From assembly GCF_963921235.1 (NCBI RefSeq), contig NC_086103.1:122822001-122886000 (forward strand): a stretch of 64,000 bases of DNA, written 5' to 3'. Source of the stretch: Mobula hypostoma (taxonomy: Eukaryota). Positions within the stretch are counted from its first letter, which is position 1. Every line of letters starts with the position of its first letter. Shown here in pieces: positions 14,326 through 27,495 of the stretch. Below the pieces are notes generated by a model. That model ran no database searches and was not told the origin of the DNA. It saw only the letters and a program-made list of their open reading frames with translations. Position numbers and translations under genes: made by a program.

Positions 14326-14571
14326 AGACATGAAAGATATCAGTCCCAACACAGTTCAGCAACAAAGATCAAATATTTATTTCATCATTGCAAGTAGAAC
14401 CTTGTGTGTAAATTGACTGCTGCATTTGCTGTTAATATTTAAAGTTTAATTTAAAATCTAAATAACTAAAATACTTCCATAGTTATCGAGATTTCTTTCA
14501 ATATTTAAATCTGTCTTTTCCCTTATACTCAATAATAAGAGACACTATTTTGAAAGCCAACTTCTACTTAC

Positions 14572-14809
14572 GTGTCTTTAAACGTGATATTTTGAATATT
14601 GCACTGGGTTTTTCATTAGTTATGAATCCTAGTAACTGCCACACCGGCATCCCACACTTGTCTGGGTAAGAAAAATAGACAGATCCTCCTGCTCCTACAG
14701 GAAATGGTGTTGTCCCCAGCATAAAGATCACAACGTGATTGACGCTCTCATAATCAGGAAGATTAAAGACAAATTTCCCCTCTGCAACTTGTTGTGCATC
14801 TGTCTGCAC
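14572..14809 (-). CDS. HIKESHI: HIKESHI exon 2 ([20 protein letters not shown]...[13 protein letters not shown])
   Basis: ORF 14564..14809 matches Hikeshi; AG acceptor, GTAAGT donor; 238 nt, phase 1. Confidence 0.97.
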
Positions 14810-14959
14810 CTAGATATTGAGGAGAAACACCACTAATGGATAAATAGCATAAAAAAGAGGCCCAAGATATATTATAATATTTTCACAACGGCCAAGTTAT
14901 AACAGAGACAAAAGCACATTTTTTTTTACAATGAACCATGAAGTCGTATTTCATCAGCC

Positions 14960-15200
14960 CATTATGTAAGGTTTTTATGCTAGCACAACGCCATTACAGT
15001 CCGGCGCATCTGAGTTCAATTCTGAACCAACTGCAAGGAGTCTCTCTACATAATTTCCCCAGGTGCATCGGTTTCCTCCCACAGTCCAAAGACATAGTAG
15101 GTAGGTTAATTGGTCACTGTAAATTGTCCCAGGATTAGGTTAGGGTTAATAGGGGTTGCTGGGGCAGTGTGGCCTGAAGATCCATTCTGTATTGCTAGAT
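14960..15200 (+). mobile_element. V-SINE (HE1-like)
   Basis: GGTTTCCTCCCACAGTCCAAAGAC...GGTTAATTGGTCACTGTAAATTG V-domain-like core; related copy at 43655-43970. Confidence 0.65.
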
Positions 15201-15739
15201 GGATAAGCGAGATAACATCAATAGACAGATAAATGGTCTTTTTCTTCTCTGTGTGGCATCCTCCTTTCTCTTAAATGCATTCCCTATTCACCTCAACTAT
15301 CAAGGAGTTCTAAATGGCAACATATAAGGTTTCCTATTTTGCATCCAGGGAAGGAGGAACCATTTCCTAAAACAGTAAAGGAACAATGTTGTTTAAATAA
15401 CTTACTGCTAAAAGTAATTTAAAAAGGAAGCCACTTTTGACATCAGGCATGGAATAGAAAGGTGAGGAAACTATCTTCACTCTCTTTTGCTCAGATCCTG
15501 AATACTGCACTAAACTTAGGCAGCACACTTCAGTAAAGAAATATTAGTCTTGGAACTCCTATTATGAAACTCATTCTCACCTGAATACCCAAACCTACTT
15601 CACTATCAATCCCACAACTACCACCTCACCTTTCCCACCAAGTTACTGTCTTATTGGCGAGTTACTTCTGCAACATACAGCACTGGACAAGTAGAGCTTT
15701 GCTCCAAGTAAACATTAACCAACACCATCTTCTCATCAG

Positions 15740-16000
15740 TACTAGTCGACAAGCTTCAAAAACCTGGGCCTATGTACCAGGCACACACCAAGAATGCGTG
15801 CTTAGCCTATTGCTCTACACTCGCTGCGCTTCTGACCGTGCGGCCAGGCACAGCTCGAACGCCAGCTATAAATTCACCGATGACACTACTGCTGTCGTTG
15901 GCAGAACCTCAGACGGCGACAAGGAGGCCGGTCAAGTGGTGTTGCAACAACACTCCACTCATTATCAAGACCGAGGAATTGACTGATGACTTCAAACCAA
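15740..16000 (+). mobile_element. Rex1/Babar LINE RT fragment
   Basis: YKFTDDTTAVVG motif. Confidence 0.65.
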
Positions 16001-16245
16001 GGACATAAAAGGCAAACTAACAACACAAGCCAAACCGTTCCCAGAATAATGCAGGGCAGAGAAACAGAATTTAAACCAATTGGTCCTTTTATTCCCCCAA
16101 AACAGTCGTTTATTCCCCACATTACTTCTCACCAACTGAAACTACCATATTGCTTTCCAAACTCAAAACTATTTGGTTTGAAAAATAATATTTTAACGCC
16201 AAAATGTACATGCTGCGCACGGAAGAAATTCCAAAATAAACTCAC

Positions 16246-16275
16246 CAATCGACCCGCAACCAGGCACCCGAACAT
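16246..16275 (-). CDS. HIKESHI: HIKESHI coding exon 1 (MFGCLVAGRL)
   Basis: ACACC-ATG start, peptide matches the vertebrate Hikeshi N-terminus, GTGAGT donor, 30 nt. Confidence 0.96.
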
Positions 16276-16378
16276 GGTGTCTCAACAGATGCGCTGTCAC
16301 TCAGTGTCTCGGACACAACTCCGGACAATCTCTGACATGTTAGTGCTCCTTTTCCCCCCTTCCCTCACTGGCAAACGC

Positions 16379-16393
16379 AGAATCTTCTCGAAC
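16379..16393. promoter_or_regulatory. Heat shock element, three inverted nGAAn units
   Basis: aGAAtcTTCtcGAAc is an exact nGAAnnTTCnnGAAn, about 105 bp upstream of the HIKESHI ATG. Confidence 0.7.
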
Positions 16394-17439
16394 CCGCAAC
16401 GCTGCCACCGCCCTCCGACCTTTCACACCGGAAGCCCTCCCCGAACCGCTGTTCCCCGATAACCAGGTCTGCTGTCACGATCATCTTTCTCGTGGAGTCT
16501 TTGCACTTACTTCACTGAAAATTAATTGCATAAATTATTTGGTTGGCACCTGACTTTTAATGCAAATAGATTTTATTACCGGCTTTCGTTATACATCAAT
16601 AAATGTCATTAGAAAATGCCATTTTTGCTTCAATTCCTTGCGTTTTGAAAGTCCCTGGTGTCAGCGGAAAGTTCGGCTCCAAGTAGACAATATAAACGAT
16701 ATATATATAACTTACAATAATAAATCCTTACTATACTTATGGGATTGTCAAGCTGAATGATGAGAGACTAATTTACCCCTTCCACAACTGTGAGAGACTT
16801 CGTGAATAAGAAACAGGTATAAAGAAGCCAGAGCTTCATTATCAGATGTGTCAAAAATGAAGAAAATGCTTTTTAGCAACCAAGATGGGTCGAGAGTACT
16901 CCTTTAGTTCATGTGAAGGAGGGTCTCCAGATCGCAGTGTGCTTCATCATGCACAACATTGTTCAGCACAGAGATTTTCATTTGGAAGAACCTTATTCAC
17001 CTTCATTTTTAAAAAATGGAGGAAGGAAGAAAATTGAGCACCATTGATCAAATCAGTTCCTTACACAGCTAGTCAGAATACACGAAGTTCCCCTCTCCAG
17101 TAGAAGTATGCCTTCTACAAAACAGAACAATGAAATCCTGCTGTTTGTTTCAACCACCTCCCCTGCTCTGAACACCCCTTCACCGCTTGCAGTATACAAT
17201 GTTACCAATGTCCAACAAGGTCTTGCGATAACAGTAAAATGTCCAAGATCATCATTCACTCTGCTTGTTGGATTGCGCACTGTCTTGACAAAACAAGTCC
17301 AGGCCACAACACCACAATGGCATACAATTAGTCCAGCTCTATTGCTATTGAACAACTCACTGACGGGATAATCCTGTAGTACTTGATGTTCTTAGTATCC
17401 AGCAGTGACTGGTGATCATATAAAAGACATATGAAACCA

Positions 17440-17710
17440 AGAAATACACCTTTGATTGGATCCGGAGTGGCTGCTGCCCCACCATTTACTGGAAGGGACT
17501 CTGGGAAGTAACTCCAGGGTTGTCAAAATAATGGCATGGGATCATTTACATCCATGTGAAATAATAGATCAAGCCTCAGTTTAAAGTCTCATTCAAAACC
17601 TAAAACATCCCCATCTTAAGTGTCAACCTAATACTCAAGTCTCTGGAGTCAAAGTTGGATTCAAAACTTTGCAATTTGGATATGATTGCATTACTAACAT
17701 CACCAAGTTA
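17440..17710 (-). mobile_element. Deu-domain SINE remnant (SacSINE1/AmnSINE-like)
   Basis: Reverse complement reads GAATGAGACTTTAAACTGAGGC...GGATGTAAATGATCCCATGCCA. Confidence 0.55.
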
Positions 17711-18329
17711 GTCACAGGATCTTAGCTTTTTTGTGATCACATTTTGTTTTATTGACGAATATTATTGTTAGGCTAAGATCACATTAAAAGTATTCAATGC
17801 CTCACTCACTGGAATATGGAGATTTGTTACATCTAACAAGAAAAGTATCAGAGTGAGAGTGCGAGAACACGCTATGTTGAAACATTTCATTCGGTCATAA
17901 GGAGGATGCAGAGGGCGTTTCCTTTGGCAGTAAACTAAATTTAGACTTTATTTTTGTTTTAAAAAGAGTCACTTGCTTAAGGTACATGAATCAAAATATT
18001 TTGTTTCAGGGTATAGTGAGTCTAAGTCAAAGGACTGTGGAGAAGAGACCAATAGATATCCGATGAGACAATTATCATTGGAGGATATGAAGATGATTTT
18101 GGCATTACAATCTCACTAAATGGCAGTGTAGACTCGATCGATCCAGTAACCTAATCCTGGCTCCTAGTCCTGCCTTAGGGTCTCGGCATGAAACGTCAAC
18201 TGTACTTTTCTCCCATAGATGCTGTCTGACCTGCTGAGTTCCTCCAGAAATTTGTGTCTGTGCCTGGCTCTTAATTCCTCGGTCCCTAAGTAACCAACGG
18301 TAGTTAGGCTACAGCGGTTGAAGAAGGTA

Positions 18330-18770
18330 GTTCGCTACCACTACCTCACTCTTGACAAAGCTTACATTAAAAAAAATTTGAAATGCTACCGCCCGATCTA
18401 CGGAGTAGACGCGCTCATCGAGATGAGCAACCCCAACGCGGTCGCATCCTTTCGAGCCCACAACCGCACTTCACGACAGCCGCGCTTCTTTTGCGACTCG
18501 GTGACGTCGCGGCTGTGTGGAGTGACGTCGACCCTTTGTGTGCATCATGTCGGAAAGCGCGGCACGGGGAGACATGCCGGCCAAGAGGCAGAAACTGAGC
18601 GATGAGAACAGCAATCCTGACATGTCGCCAGACGAAAATGTAAATGAAATTAAGGGGGATAGGGGCGGGGAAGGGAGGCGCTTTGCCACCAACTTTCCAA
18701 GAATGAGACTTTAGTTTAAAATGTCTGTCACCCGGACTTAGTCCCGGGGAGGCCTTTGCCGTGTGTGTGT
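18330..18770 (+). promoter_or_regulatory. CpG island/promoter of EED exon 1 with two CRE-like TGACGTCG sites (18502-18509, 18523-18530)
   Basis: Dense CpG; repeated GTGACGTCG just upstream of the ATG. Confidence 0.75.
18547..18639 (+). CDS. EED: EED coding exon 1 ([31 protein letters not shown]), opposite in orientation to the other EED exons
   Basis: Matches human EED N-terminus [38 protein letters not shown]; ends in phase 0 after DEN with GTAAAT donor, the conserved exon 1 boundary. Confidence 0.9.
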
Positions 18771-19789
18771 GGTAGTTGGGGTGTAGGTGGGCAAAGAACG
18801 AACAACCTCCAACTTACCCACCGATGATGCTCTCTGCACTCCCTCGGATCTTCACTGTGAGCTTGATCTGGAGATAAGGGTGGGTGGTAGAAGAGAGAGC
18901 TTTAAAATCCATGACCCTGTAGTTATACATGGGAAGGGGATCTTCCAATAATGAGAATAAATTACCTATTTTTTTAAAAAAAACTCACCCAGTTCATGAT
19001 CTGGGCTTCATTTCATTTAATTGTATGTTATTAACTGGTAGGTACCATGGTGTGGTGGCATCTTTTCCACAAATCTTGGTGTTGCTTCCATCTACTGTGC
19101 ACACACTGTGACTACAAGCTATCATTCTTCATATTGGTCCAAGTAAAACCTAACTGTTTGACTGTTTGGTTTGAGTTCGGTACGTCATCAGCCCAAATTC
19201 TTTTGTTTCTGTACGAAAAGGAATTTAAGAGAACTGGTGGTATATTCGTCCCTGCACCGTGTGGCTCTTGGTGTATTGCTAGCTAAATACGGTCGTAACA
19301 TGTAGATCAGGAACATACTATTTGCACGGCTTCTTTCCTGGTTCCTTCTACTTGTTTTGGTCAGTCATGTGTCTGATGTACACAGATCCACTGTTTTCCA
19401 CGCTTTTAAGATATCAAAGAAGGGTTTACCTGAAGAATTGATTGATTGTACGTTTATACAAACGAAGTGAGTCTGCTGACGACATACCCCTGTAAAAAAC
19501 TAAACAGCAAAACAGCCAGCTTCATTCATTGTAATAATGTGGATCCTTATAAATTGCCAATAATATAGACAACTATAGCTATTTCATGCCTTTATCATTC
19601 CTTTCGGAACTTTTTGCAATATGCTAATACACATTTTTTAGTTCTTAATGATTTTTTATTGGTTATAACTTATAAGTATGATTTCTAAGTTTATACATAG
19701 CAATACTGATTGCTTGTTATTCAGGTACAAATTCTTGATTCCTATGGCTAATGTTGAGCAACAGTAAAAAAATTAATTCTTAAATGTTT

Positions 19790-19942
19790 ATTAGTAGTCA
19801 TAGTCATACTTTATTGATCCCGGGGGAAATTGGTTTTCGTTACAGTTGCACCATAAATAATTAAAAAGTAATAAAACCATAAATAGTTAAATAGTAATAT
19901 GTAAATTATGCCAGGAAGTAAGTCCAGGACCAGCCTATTGGC
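19790..19942 (-). mobile_element. Young Rex1/Babar 3' end
   Basis: Reverse complement of 28655-28805 including the (GACTAT)n tail. Confidence 0.75.
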
Positions 19943-22900
19943 TAGCGCTAACAAGATGTGAGTTGATGTAGTATCTGCTTTATTTATGAATTGGAAGCTA
20001 AGTATTCTGTGGTCTGGTTTGGATGTTACAGTTACTCATTGTAGAACCTTTAATTTTGCATTAGTACTTTTAGGTATTGCTCTGCTCTACTATGCTATGT
20101 ATTTACAGTCTTGGTTAGGTTCACTGCATGATGACAATGCAATTATAGAGAGGCAAAAGTAATTTTTTTTATAAATTACTGCAGCTTGGATCTGTAAATT
20201 TATTTGTCACTGCTATGAAGTTTTCAGATACTGGGGTGGAGATATGTCTCTACCAAAGGAGGTATAAGGTACTCCCTCCCTCCGATAGCCTGCAGATCAC
20301 CCATGGGTATGGTATACTTAGCCTCCCTCCAATCAGGATCACGTGGAGCCATGGGAGCAGGTGGTGCATATCACAAGTCCTGGTTATGCAACCACTGGCA
20401 CTAGGCAAACCATCTCTGAAGCATATTGATAATGGCTGGGGTCACCCCTCTTACAAAGACACTGTCCAGAAGAAGGCAAAGATGGCAAGTCACTTCTGCT
20501 GGAAAATTTGTCAAGAACAATCATGGTCAAAAGACCATAATCGCCCATGTCATACAACACGGCGTATGCTGCTGATGATGAAATATTGATCACCTGACGT
20601 AGCATTTCACTATTTAGGAAACCAAATCCACCTTCAGTTGTTTGGTTAGGTGGAATGTTCATTATAAATGTTCTTTGGGTTTATGGGTTTTGTTTTTGCC
20701 TATTGATTTAGTAGCAATAATCAAGTTCAGATATGTGCTTCTACTTTGATGTAATGGGCTGACACTCCTGTGATGTTTTTTCCCTTTTAAACTAACTTAT
20801 GAAAGATACAGTAAAATATAACTGATGAAATAGGAAAGAAATATAATGTATCTAGCTAGAAATATATCTTAACTATCATTGAAACTCCTAGTCATAGTCA
20901 AAGCATAGAAGCAAGCCCTTTGGTCAAAAATAATGACAGTATTGTTCGCTGCACTGTTTGCAACAGTGACTTTTATTTTGTAATTTATTTTTTATTGAAG
21001 TTCATCATCAAACAAACATTTCCGTAAGATGTATTTCAGACATTGTACATATATATGCCACAAGTCTCCACATAATATTTGTCTGAGGTATACACTTATA
21101 GAAAAGAGAGGAAAGTAAGAAACAAAAAGAGAAAACTATGTACAAGTAGGGAGTGATTTTTTTTACAACATATTCATTGATTTTTGAGAATAAAATCAGG
21201 CCTATGAGGTGTTATGTAGTTAAATCATTTTTCCCAGCATGAATCAAATTGTTCCAACTTATGATGAACAAATGCTGTTATCTTCTCCGTTCTGTAAATG
21301 TCCATTGTAATTTCCATCCATACATTTAAAGTTGGTACTCTCCTGTGATAACCGCTTCATGGTAAGAGTCTTTTTACCAGCCACCAGCAGTATATTCATT
21401 AAATATTTATCTATTTTCAACCATTCTTGAGGTACTTACCCAAAATACTTTCTAAGGGTATTTCACATTTAAAAATGTCTTGTAGGGCACTGTGTATCCC
21501 ACTCCAATAGTCTTTGATAACGGGGCAATCCCAGAAAATATGATAATGGTTTGCATTTTGATCTCCACTATTTCTCCAGTAAACAGGGAGGTTACTATCA
21601 TAATGGGATTTCTGAGAGGGTGTAATAAAAATATCTTATCAAGTTTTTCCATCCAAACTCCCTCCCTCCCTGTGAACTGGTACACTTCCATTGATACCTC
21701 CATATTATTGTCCATTCTTCCTCAGATATAATTATCCCTCCTTCCTTCTCCCATTTTGTTTTAATGTATGAAGTTGAATGTGTTTTAGGATTTGACAAAC
21801 CCTTATACACGCTTGAAATTATTCTACTACTGTTAGCTCAATTATATGCTTTTTTAAATAGCTCTGTCAATCATGTACTTGCCTTGGTTACATTTTTAAC
21901 CGTCCTATTAACATACTGTCACATCTGTAAATAAAAAGTCTTGTTTTTCTAATAAGTGTTTCTCTTTAAGCATTTCAAAACCAAACAGTGTTCCTTCTTT
22001 CATTATGTTGCCAAGAACTTTATTCCTTTATTCCTTTAGCTGTCTAGTCCTTAAATCTAGCATCCAGTTTATTCGGCATAAAATCCGAGTCATATGCACA
22101 CCATGTAAGAATTGCAATATCTCCCTCTAGTTTATGTTCTTTTGTAATAGTTTTCCATACTTTAAGAGTCCTTTTCACTCATGGGTTGTCAATAGTATTT
22201 ATGTACCTTTTTAGGTTGTTATCAGCCAAAATTGCCTGTATGGGGATGGGAAGTATCCCCTCCTCCATGTTTTTCCATTGAGCGTCATATAATGGCTTGC
22301 ACCAACATATCACAGCTCTCAACTGTGCTGCAAAATATTAATCTCTAAGAGAAGGTAGGCCCCATTCTCCCCCCCCCCCCTTTCCTTGGCTAATTGCAAA
22401 GTTTTGAGACAAACTCTAGGCCTTTTACCTTGCCATATATATCTTGATAACATTTTATTCTATTCATTGAATTGATTTTGATTAATCTCTATTGGTAGGG
22501 TCTGAAAGAGATATAATATTCTGGGCAGTATATTCATTTTAATAGATTCAATCCTTGAACTGAGACTAAAAAAAGGAATTAGGTCCCGTCTTGTTATATC
22601 TTCCTTAATTTTTTTTATATAGGCTGATAATTGCATTCTGGTAATTTTGCCAAGTCTTTTGGCATAATGATGCCCAAATATTTGAAAGACTCTTTGCCAT
22701 GCCCAGGGATATCTACTTTCAATTTCTTTTGGTGGGCTATAGTTAAATGAAAGTAATTGGGTTTTATCTATGTTGATCTTGTATCCTGATAATTGACGAT
22801 ATTGTTCAAAGGATTGCATCAATTTAGGTAAAGAGTATGTTGGTGCCCTAGATAGATCAAGATGTCATCCGCGTAACAGGCTAATTTATGCTCTGTCCCT

Positions 22901-23064
22901 TTAATAGTAATTCCCCTGATATCTTCATTTTGTCTGATGTATTGAGCTAATGGTTCCAGATATAATGCGAAGAGTAGCGGTGACCATGCACAACCCTGTC
23001 TTATGCTCCTTTCTAGGGTAAAACTATTTGATAAGTATCCATTGATATTAATCCTAGCAGTAGG

Positions 23065-23723
23065 ATTCAAGATTCAAAGATTCAAAAAACTTTATTGTCA
23101 TTTTAACCATACATCAGCTCTGCAGGGCAGAATGAGACAGCGTTTCTCAGGGGCAGTGCAATCATAACATAACAAACGTAACACTAAATAACAAACATAA
23201 CAATAAATAGTAAAACACAACAGCCACATGTCAGTTATAAGTGTCCAGTACAAGTTAAAAGTGTCCAAAGCAGAGTCAGGTGGAGCAGCTATTTAGCAGT
23301 CTGACTGCGTGTGGGAGGAAGCTGTTTAGTAGCCTTGTGGTTTTAGTTTTGATGCTCCTGTAACGTTTGCCTGATGGCAGAAGAACAAACAGTTCTTGGA
23401 GAAGGTGTGAGGGGTCTTTAATGATGTACCGTGTCTTCTGGAGGCATCGACTCTGAAAGAGGTCTTAGACAGAAGGTAGGGAGACCCCAATAACCTTCTC
23501 TGCTCCCCTAACCACCCTCTGCAAGGCGTTTTTGTCGACAGCACTGCAGCTGGAGTACCAGGTTGTGATGCAAAAGGTCAGCACACTCTCAACCACGCCT
23601 CTGTCGAATGCAGTTAAGATGTTAGTGGGGAGTGATGCTTTTTTAAGCTTCCTCAAAGTGCAATCTCTGCTGGGCCTGTTTCACAATCCCAGTGGTGTTC
23701 CTGGACCAGGTGAGATTGTCCTG
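23065..23723 (-). mobile_element. Rex1/Babar LINE 3' fragment nested in L1
   Basis: ORF 23465..23656 VESVLTFCITTWYSSC; (TTGAATC)n-type tail. Confidence 0.8.
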
Positions 23724-24582
23724 GTGTCTGTATAGTTTTAATATAGTGTCTGTGTAGTTTTAATAATTGTGCCATGGAAACCATATCTATGTAAAATTCT
23801 GTAAAGAAAATTCCAATTGACGGAATCAAATGCCTTTTCAGCGTCCACGCTTATCACTATTGCTTCAATTTTATTTTTTTGTATATGATCCATAATGTTG
23901 TGTCCTTCGTATATTGTCTTGTGTTTGGTGTTGTATAAAACCTGTCTGATCCTTATGTATCAGTATGGGTGGAAACCCTTCTAATCGTTTGACCATGCTG
24001 GAGGTAAATAATCTACGTTAAGAATGGATATTGGTCAAAATGACCCACATTCCATTTTATCCTTGCCTTCTTTCGGTATAGCTGAGATTATCGCTTCCTT
24101 CCAGCTGGGTGGCATTTGTACCTTTTTTAGAGCCCAGCTCAGTGTGGGCAGCAAGACAGGAATTAACTCATTTTTTAATTTTTTGTACCACTCTGCCGTA
24201 TACCCATCTGATCCTTGTGACATGCTTAACTTAAACCTACTAATTGCAACTTTTAGTTCAACTTCAGTTATGTCAGCAGTCATCGTTCTATTTTGTTCTT
24301 TGCTTAAAGAGAGTAACTAGAGAATTTAGGAAGGTGTCAATTTGGGTTATGCTTCCCCCTGGAACTTTGGAATATAGAGTTCTGTAAAACACTTCAAAAG
24401 GTTCTTGAATTTCACTTAGCTTTTTTTTTTATCATTTTTGTTCTTGGATCCCTAATTCTATGAATTATATTTTCTGCTCTTTTTTTTCAGTTTCCACACC
24501 AGTATTTTCATAGACTTAGATCCACTTTCATAATGTCTCTGTTTCAGAAACTTTAAATTTTTCCTGATTTCTTGCGTAGCTT

Positions 24583-26754
24583 GATGCAGCTCTGAAAAAG
24601 CAGCAATCAGTGTTCACCAAAAGTCAAGAGACTCATGATGGAGCTATCAAGGCCAGCGGTATTATTGCCAACAAAACAGCTGCTGTGTCAAAGCCATACT
24701 CAGGGGGAATTCATCAAAGCATGCATGCTGATGGCGGCAGAGCTGGTGTGCCCTGAGAAGAGGCACGCTTTTGGGAATATCAGCTTGTCAAGAAATATGT
24801 GGTAGAGAGAATCACGGACCTTGCAGAAGATTTGAACAGTCAAATAAAAGATGAAGTGAAGTCATTTATTGCCTTCTGTATTGCAATTGATGAGAGCACC
24901 AACGTGACTGATGTAGCTCAATTAGGAATATTTATTCGTGGTGTTGATGCATCTTTGACCATCACTGAGGAGTTTGTGGAGATGGTGCCCTTGACAAACA
25001 CCACAATGGCGAACGACGTTTTCTCCAGCCTTGTCGAGGCCTTGGACAGACTGGGGTTGACTGGAGTCGCTGTTAACATGGCAACAGATGGCGCACTGTC
25101 CATGGTCGGGAAAAAGGCAGGTGTTGTTGCGAAACTCAGAGAGAAAGTTCAAACAGAGAATCCAGAGCAGGAATTCTGGAATTTTCATTGTATTATACGG
25201 CAAGAGGCATTATGTAGCAGGAGCCTGAAAATGGACAATGTCATGGATGTAGTAATAAAAACGGTTAATATTAGAGCCAAGGGACTCAACCATCGGCAAT
25301 TTGACACTCTTTTGTCTGAAAGTAATATTGGACATGGCCTACCCGACCACACTGATGTCCACTGGTTGAGCAGAAGGGTTGTGCACAAACGTTTTTTTCA
25401 ATTATGTGCAGAAACTGGACTATTCATGAATGAGAAAGGGAAGTCAGGGGCAGAGTTGGATGACCCAGACTGGCTTCATGATCTTGCATTTTTGGTGGAT
25501 ATAACAGAGCACTTAAATGTGCTTAATGTTAACATGCAAACTTGTTACGGAATACTACGACAGCATTTGTGCCTTTCAAATTAAATTAGGCCTGTGGGAG
25601 ATACAGCTATCCCAGAACAACCCAGCTCATTTCCCCTCTTTGCAGTCTGTGCGTGTCACTCATGGGAATAATGACAACATGGACAGGTACAAGGACAAAA
25701 TATCTTGGCTGAAAAATGAGTTTCAGAATTGTTTCCAAGTCTTCATTCAGCTCGAGAAGGAATTCTCACTATTTTGCTCGCCATTTGCTGTCAACGCAGC
25801 ATCAGATGTGCCGGAGGTACTCCAAATGGAACTAATTGAAATTCAGTGTAACTCGGTTTTGAAATATAATTTTGAGACTGTGGGTCTGGACTCATTCTAT
25901 CAACACCTGGGACCGATGTACCCCAAGATGACAGACTTTGCCTCAAAAGATCCTTTGCATGTTCAGGACGACATATCTCTGTGAGCAGCAGGCGTTGTCC
26001 ATTATGAACACTAATAAATCCAAACTGCACTAGCAGCTGACACACAGACATCTAAATGACATTATGAAAATCACAACTGCCCAGAAACTGGTCCCTGATG
26101 TTGACAGGCTGGTTAAAGCCAAGAGATGTCAGATGTCTGGAAGCAGCAAGTGAAAAATGAGTGACACTCTTCGATGCACTGCGACATGTAAGCAAAATGC
26201 ATTATGAAATATTGAGTGTCATAATATCGTGATTCATTCATTTTCTGACTATTCTATTATTGTAAATGTGATCACCAATAAAAATTAGAGGCTAACTGTG
26301 TTCATTGAGTTTGATTGCTGGAAGCAGGCAATAAAAATTAGGTGCAGTTGTGTAGCCTACATTTACAATTTGTTTCGTTAGGTCTACATTTATGTCTGCT
26401 AATGTTTGATTTCAAATGCTTTATTAATGGAAAGGGTGTGGCTCCCAAAACAATCTTAGCCAAAATAGCATCGTTTTTTCTCTCTCTCATCACAACTTTC
26501 TTGTAGCCTACGACTGTAAGTTAATACCAATCATAAAAATAATGCTTGCTAGGCAATCTTCTTCATAAGAAACAAAATTCATAAAGTGAAACACTTTGTA
26601 GTTATAGCAGAGACTGAGACACATGAGAGCAGATTGAAAAAACAAAGGCAACAAAAGCTGTGGCAGCACGCACATGTGTACAACTGATCCGGCCCGTATG
26701 AAGTCACATTTTGTCCAATCCGGCCCGTGACCTAAAATGAGTTTGACACCCCTG
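24583..26754 (+). mobile_element. hAT transposon (GTF2IRD2/Charlie-like), 5'-truncated, nested in L1
   Basis: ORFs 24799..25584 and 25517..25984 with IDEST, ATDGA, WLS and TYLCEQ motifs; 3' TIR GTTTGACACCCCTG. Confidence 0.9.
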
Positions 26755-27269
26755 CTCTAATGTATCTTCTGCCAAATTCAATTTGTGTTTTTTTTTCTAG
26801 TTCCTTCAGCCTATTTTGTAATTTCTGTGATGTTTTATTCATTTTTTTTTCTTATATGAAGATATCACTATAATTTTCCCTCTTAAGACAGCCTTCAGAG
26901 TATCCCGTAGAATGGGAGGTGAAACCTCTCCATTATCATTGAATTCTAAGTAAAGACCAATTTCCTTTTTAATTTGTTCCTTAAAGTAGGGATCATTGAG
27001 TAGACTTGAATTTAGTTTCCAAATAGTATTCTCTGGTTGTAGGTCAAAATCAACAGATAAATATATAGGTGCATGGTCACTTACATCTATTGTCCCAATT
27101 CCACAGGTGTTTATTTTGTCTTTGTCTTTTCCAAATGTTATGAAATAGCCTATTCTTGTATATACAGAATGGGGGGTAGAATAATGAGTGTAATCCCTTC
27201 TGTCAGGGAAAAGGTCCCTCCATATATCAATTAGACCAACATCCTCAAAAAGTGTATTAACTTCCTTAT

Positions 27270-27495
27270 AACAAACATCAAAGTTGCTGGTGAACGCAGC
27301 AGGCCAGGCAGCATCTATAGGAAGAGGCGCAGTCGACGTTTCAGGCCGAGACCCTTCGTCAGGAGTCCTGACGAAGGGTCTCGGCCTGAAATGTCGACTG
27401 CGCCTCTTCCTATAGATGCTGCCTGGCCTGCTGCGTTCACCAGCAACTTTGATGTATGTTGCTTGAATTTCCAGCATCTGCAGAATTCCTGTTGT
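27270..27495. mobile_element. Young palindromic Penelope-derived insertion with 13-bp TSD
   Basis: Near-perfect palindrome 27270-27460 centred on 27365; flanks TTAACTTCCTTAT / TTAACTTTCTTAT. Confidence 0.85.
27364..27399 (+). ncRNA. Minimal type I hammerhead ribozyme motif
   Basis: AGUC-CUGACGA-AGG(gucucgg)CCU-GAAA-U-GUC-GACU: stem I, core, stem II, GAAA and GUC triplet. Confidence 0.65.

Larger units (their letters stand above)
16210..16500 (-). promoter_or_regulatory. HIKESHI CpG-rich promoter/5'UTR with ETS-type motif CCGGAAG (16428-16434)
   Basis: Local CpG enrichment around exon 1 in CpG-depleted surroundings. Confidence 0.7.

Noticed and set aside
15986-16462. 158-aa plus-strand ORF antisense to HIKESHI exon 1
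   Set aside because: No recognisable domain; starts in a Rex1 relic and runs through the promoter.
16700-17060. Possible PIF/Harbinger transposase relic
   Set aside because: Only a short resemblance (FIMHNI-like); too degraded to support.
18481-18546. Non-AUG N-terminal extension of EED as in the long mammalian isoforms
   Set aside because: In-frame TGA stops at 18502 and 18523 leave only 7 open codons before the ATG.
18318-18692. Three overlapping ORFs in the CpG island
   Set aside because: GC-rich chance ORFs in other frames or strand; the recognisable coding signal is the EED exon 1 frame.
24799-25984. Domesticated GTF2IRD2-like transposase gene
   Set aside because: Frameshifts, CxxH changed to CIIR, 5' truncation, retained TIR, and nested inside an L1.
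26839-27477. 212-aa ORF that looks like a novel fusion protein
   Set aside because: It is the palindromic insert read in frame into the L1 endonuclease.
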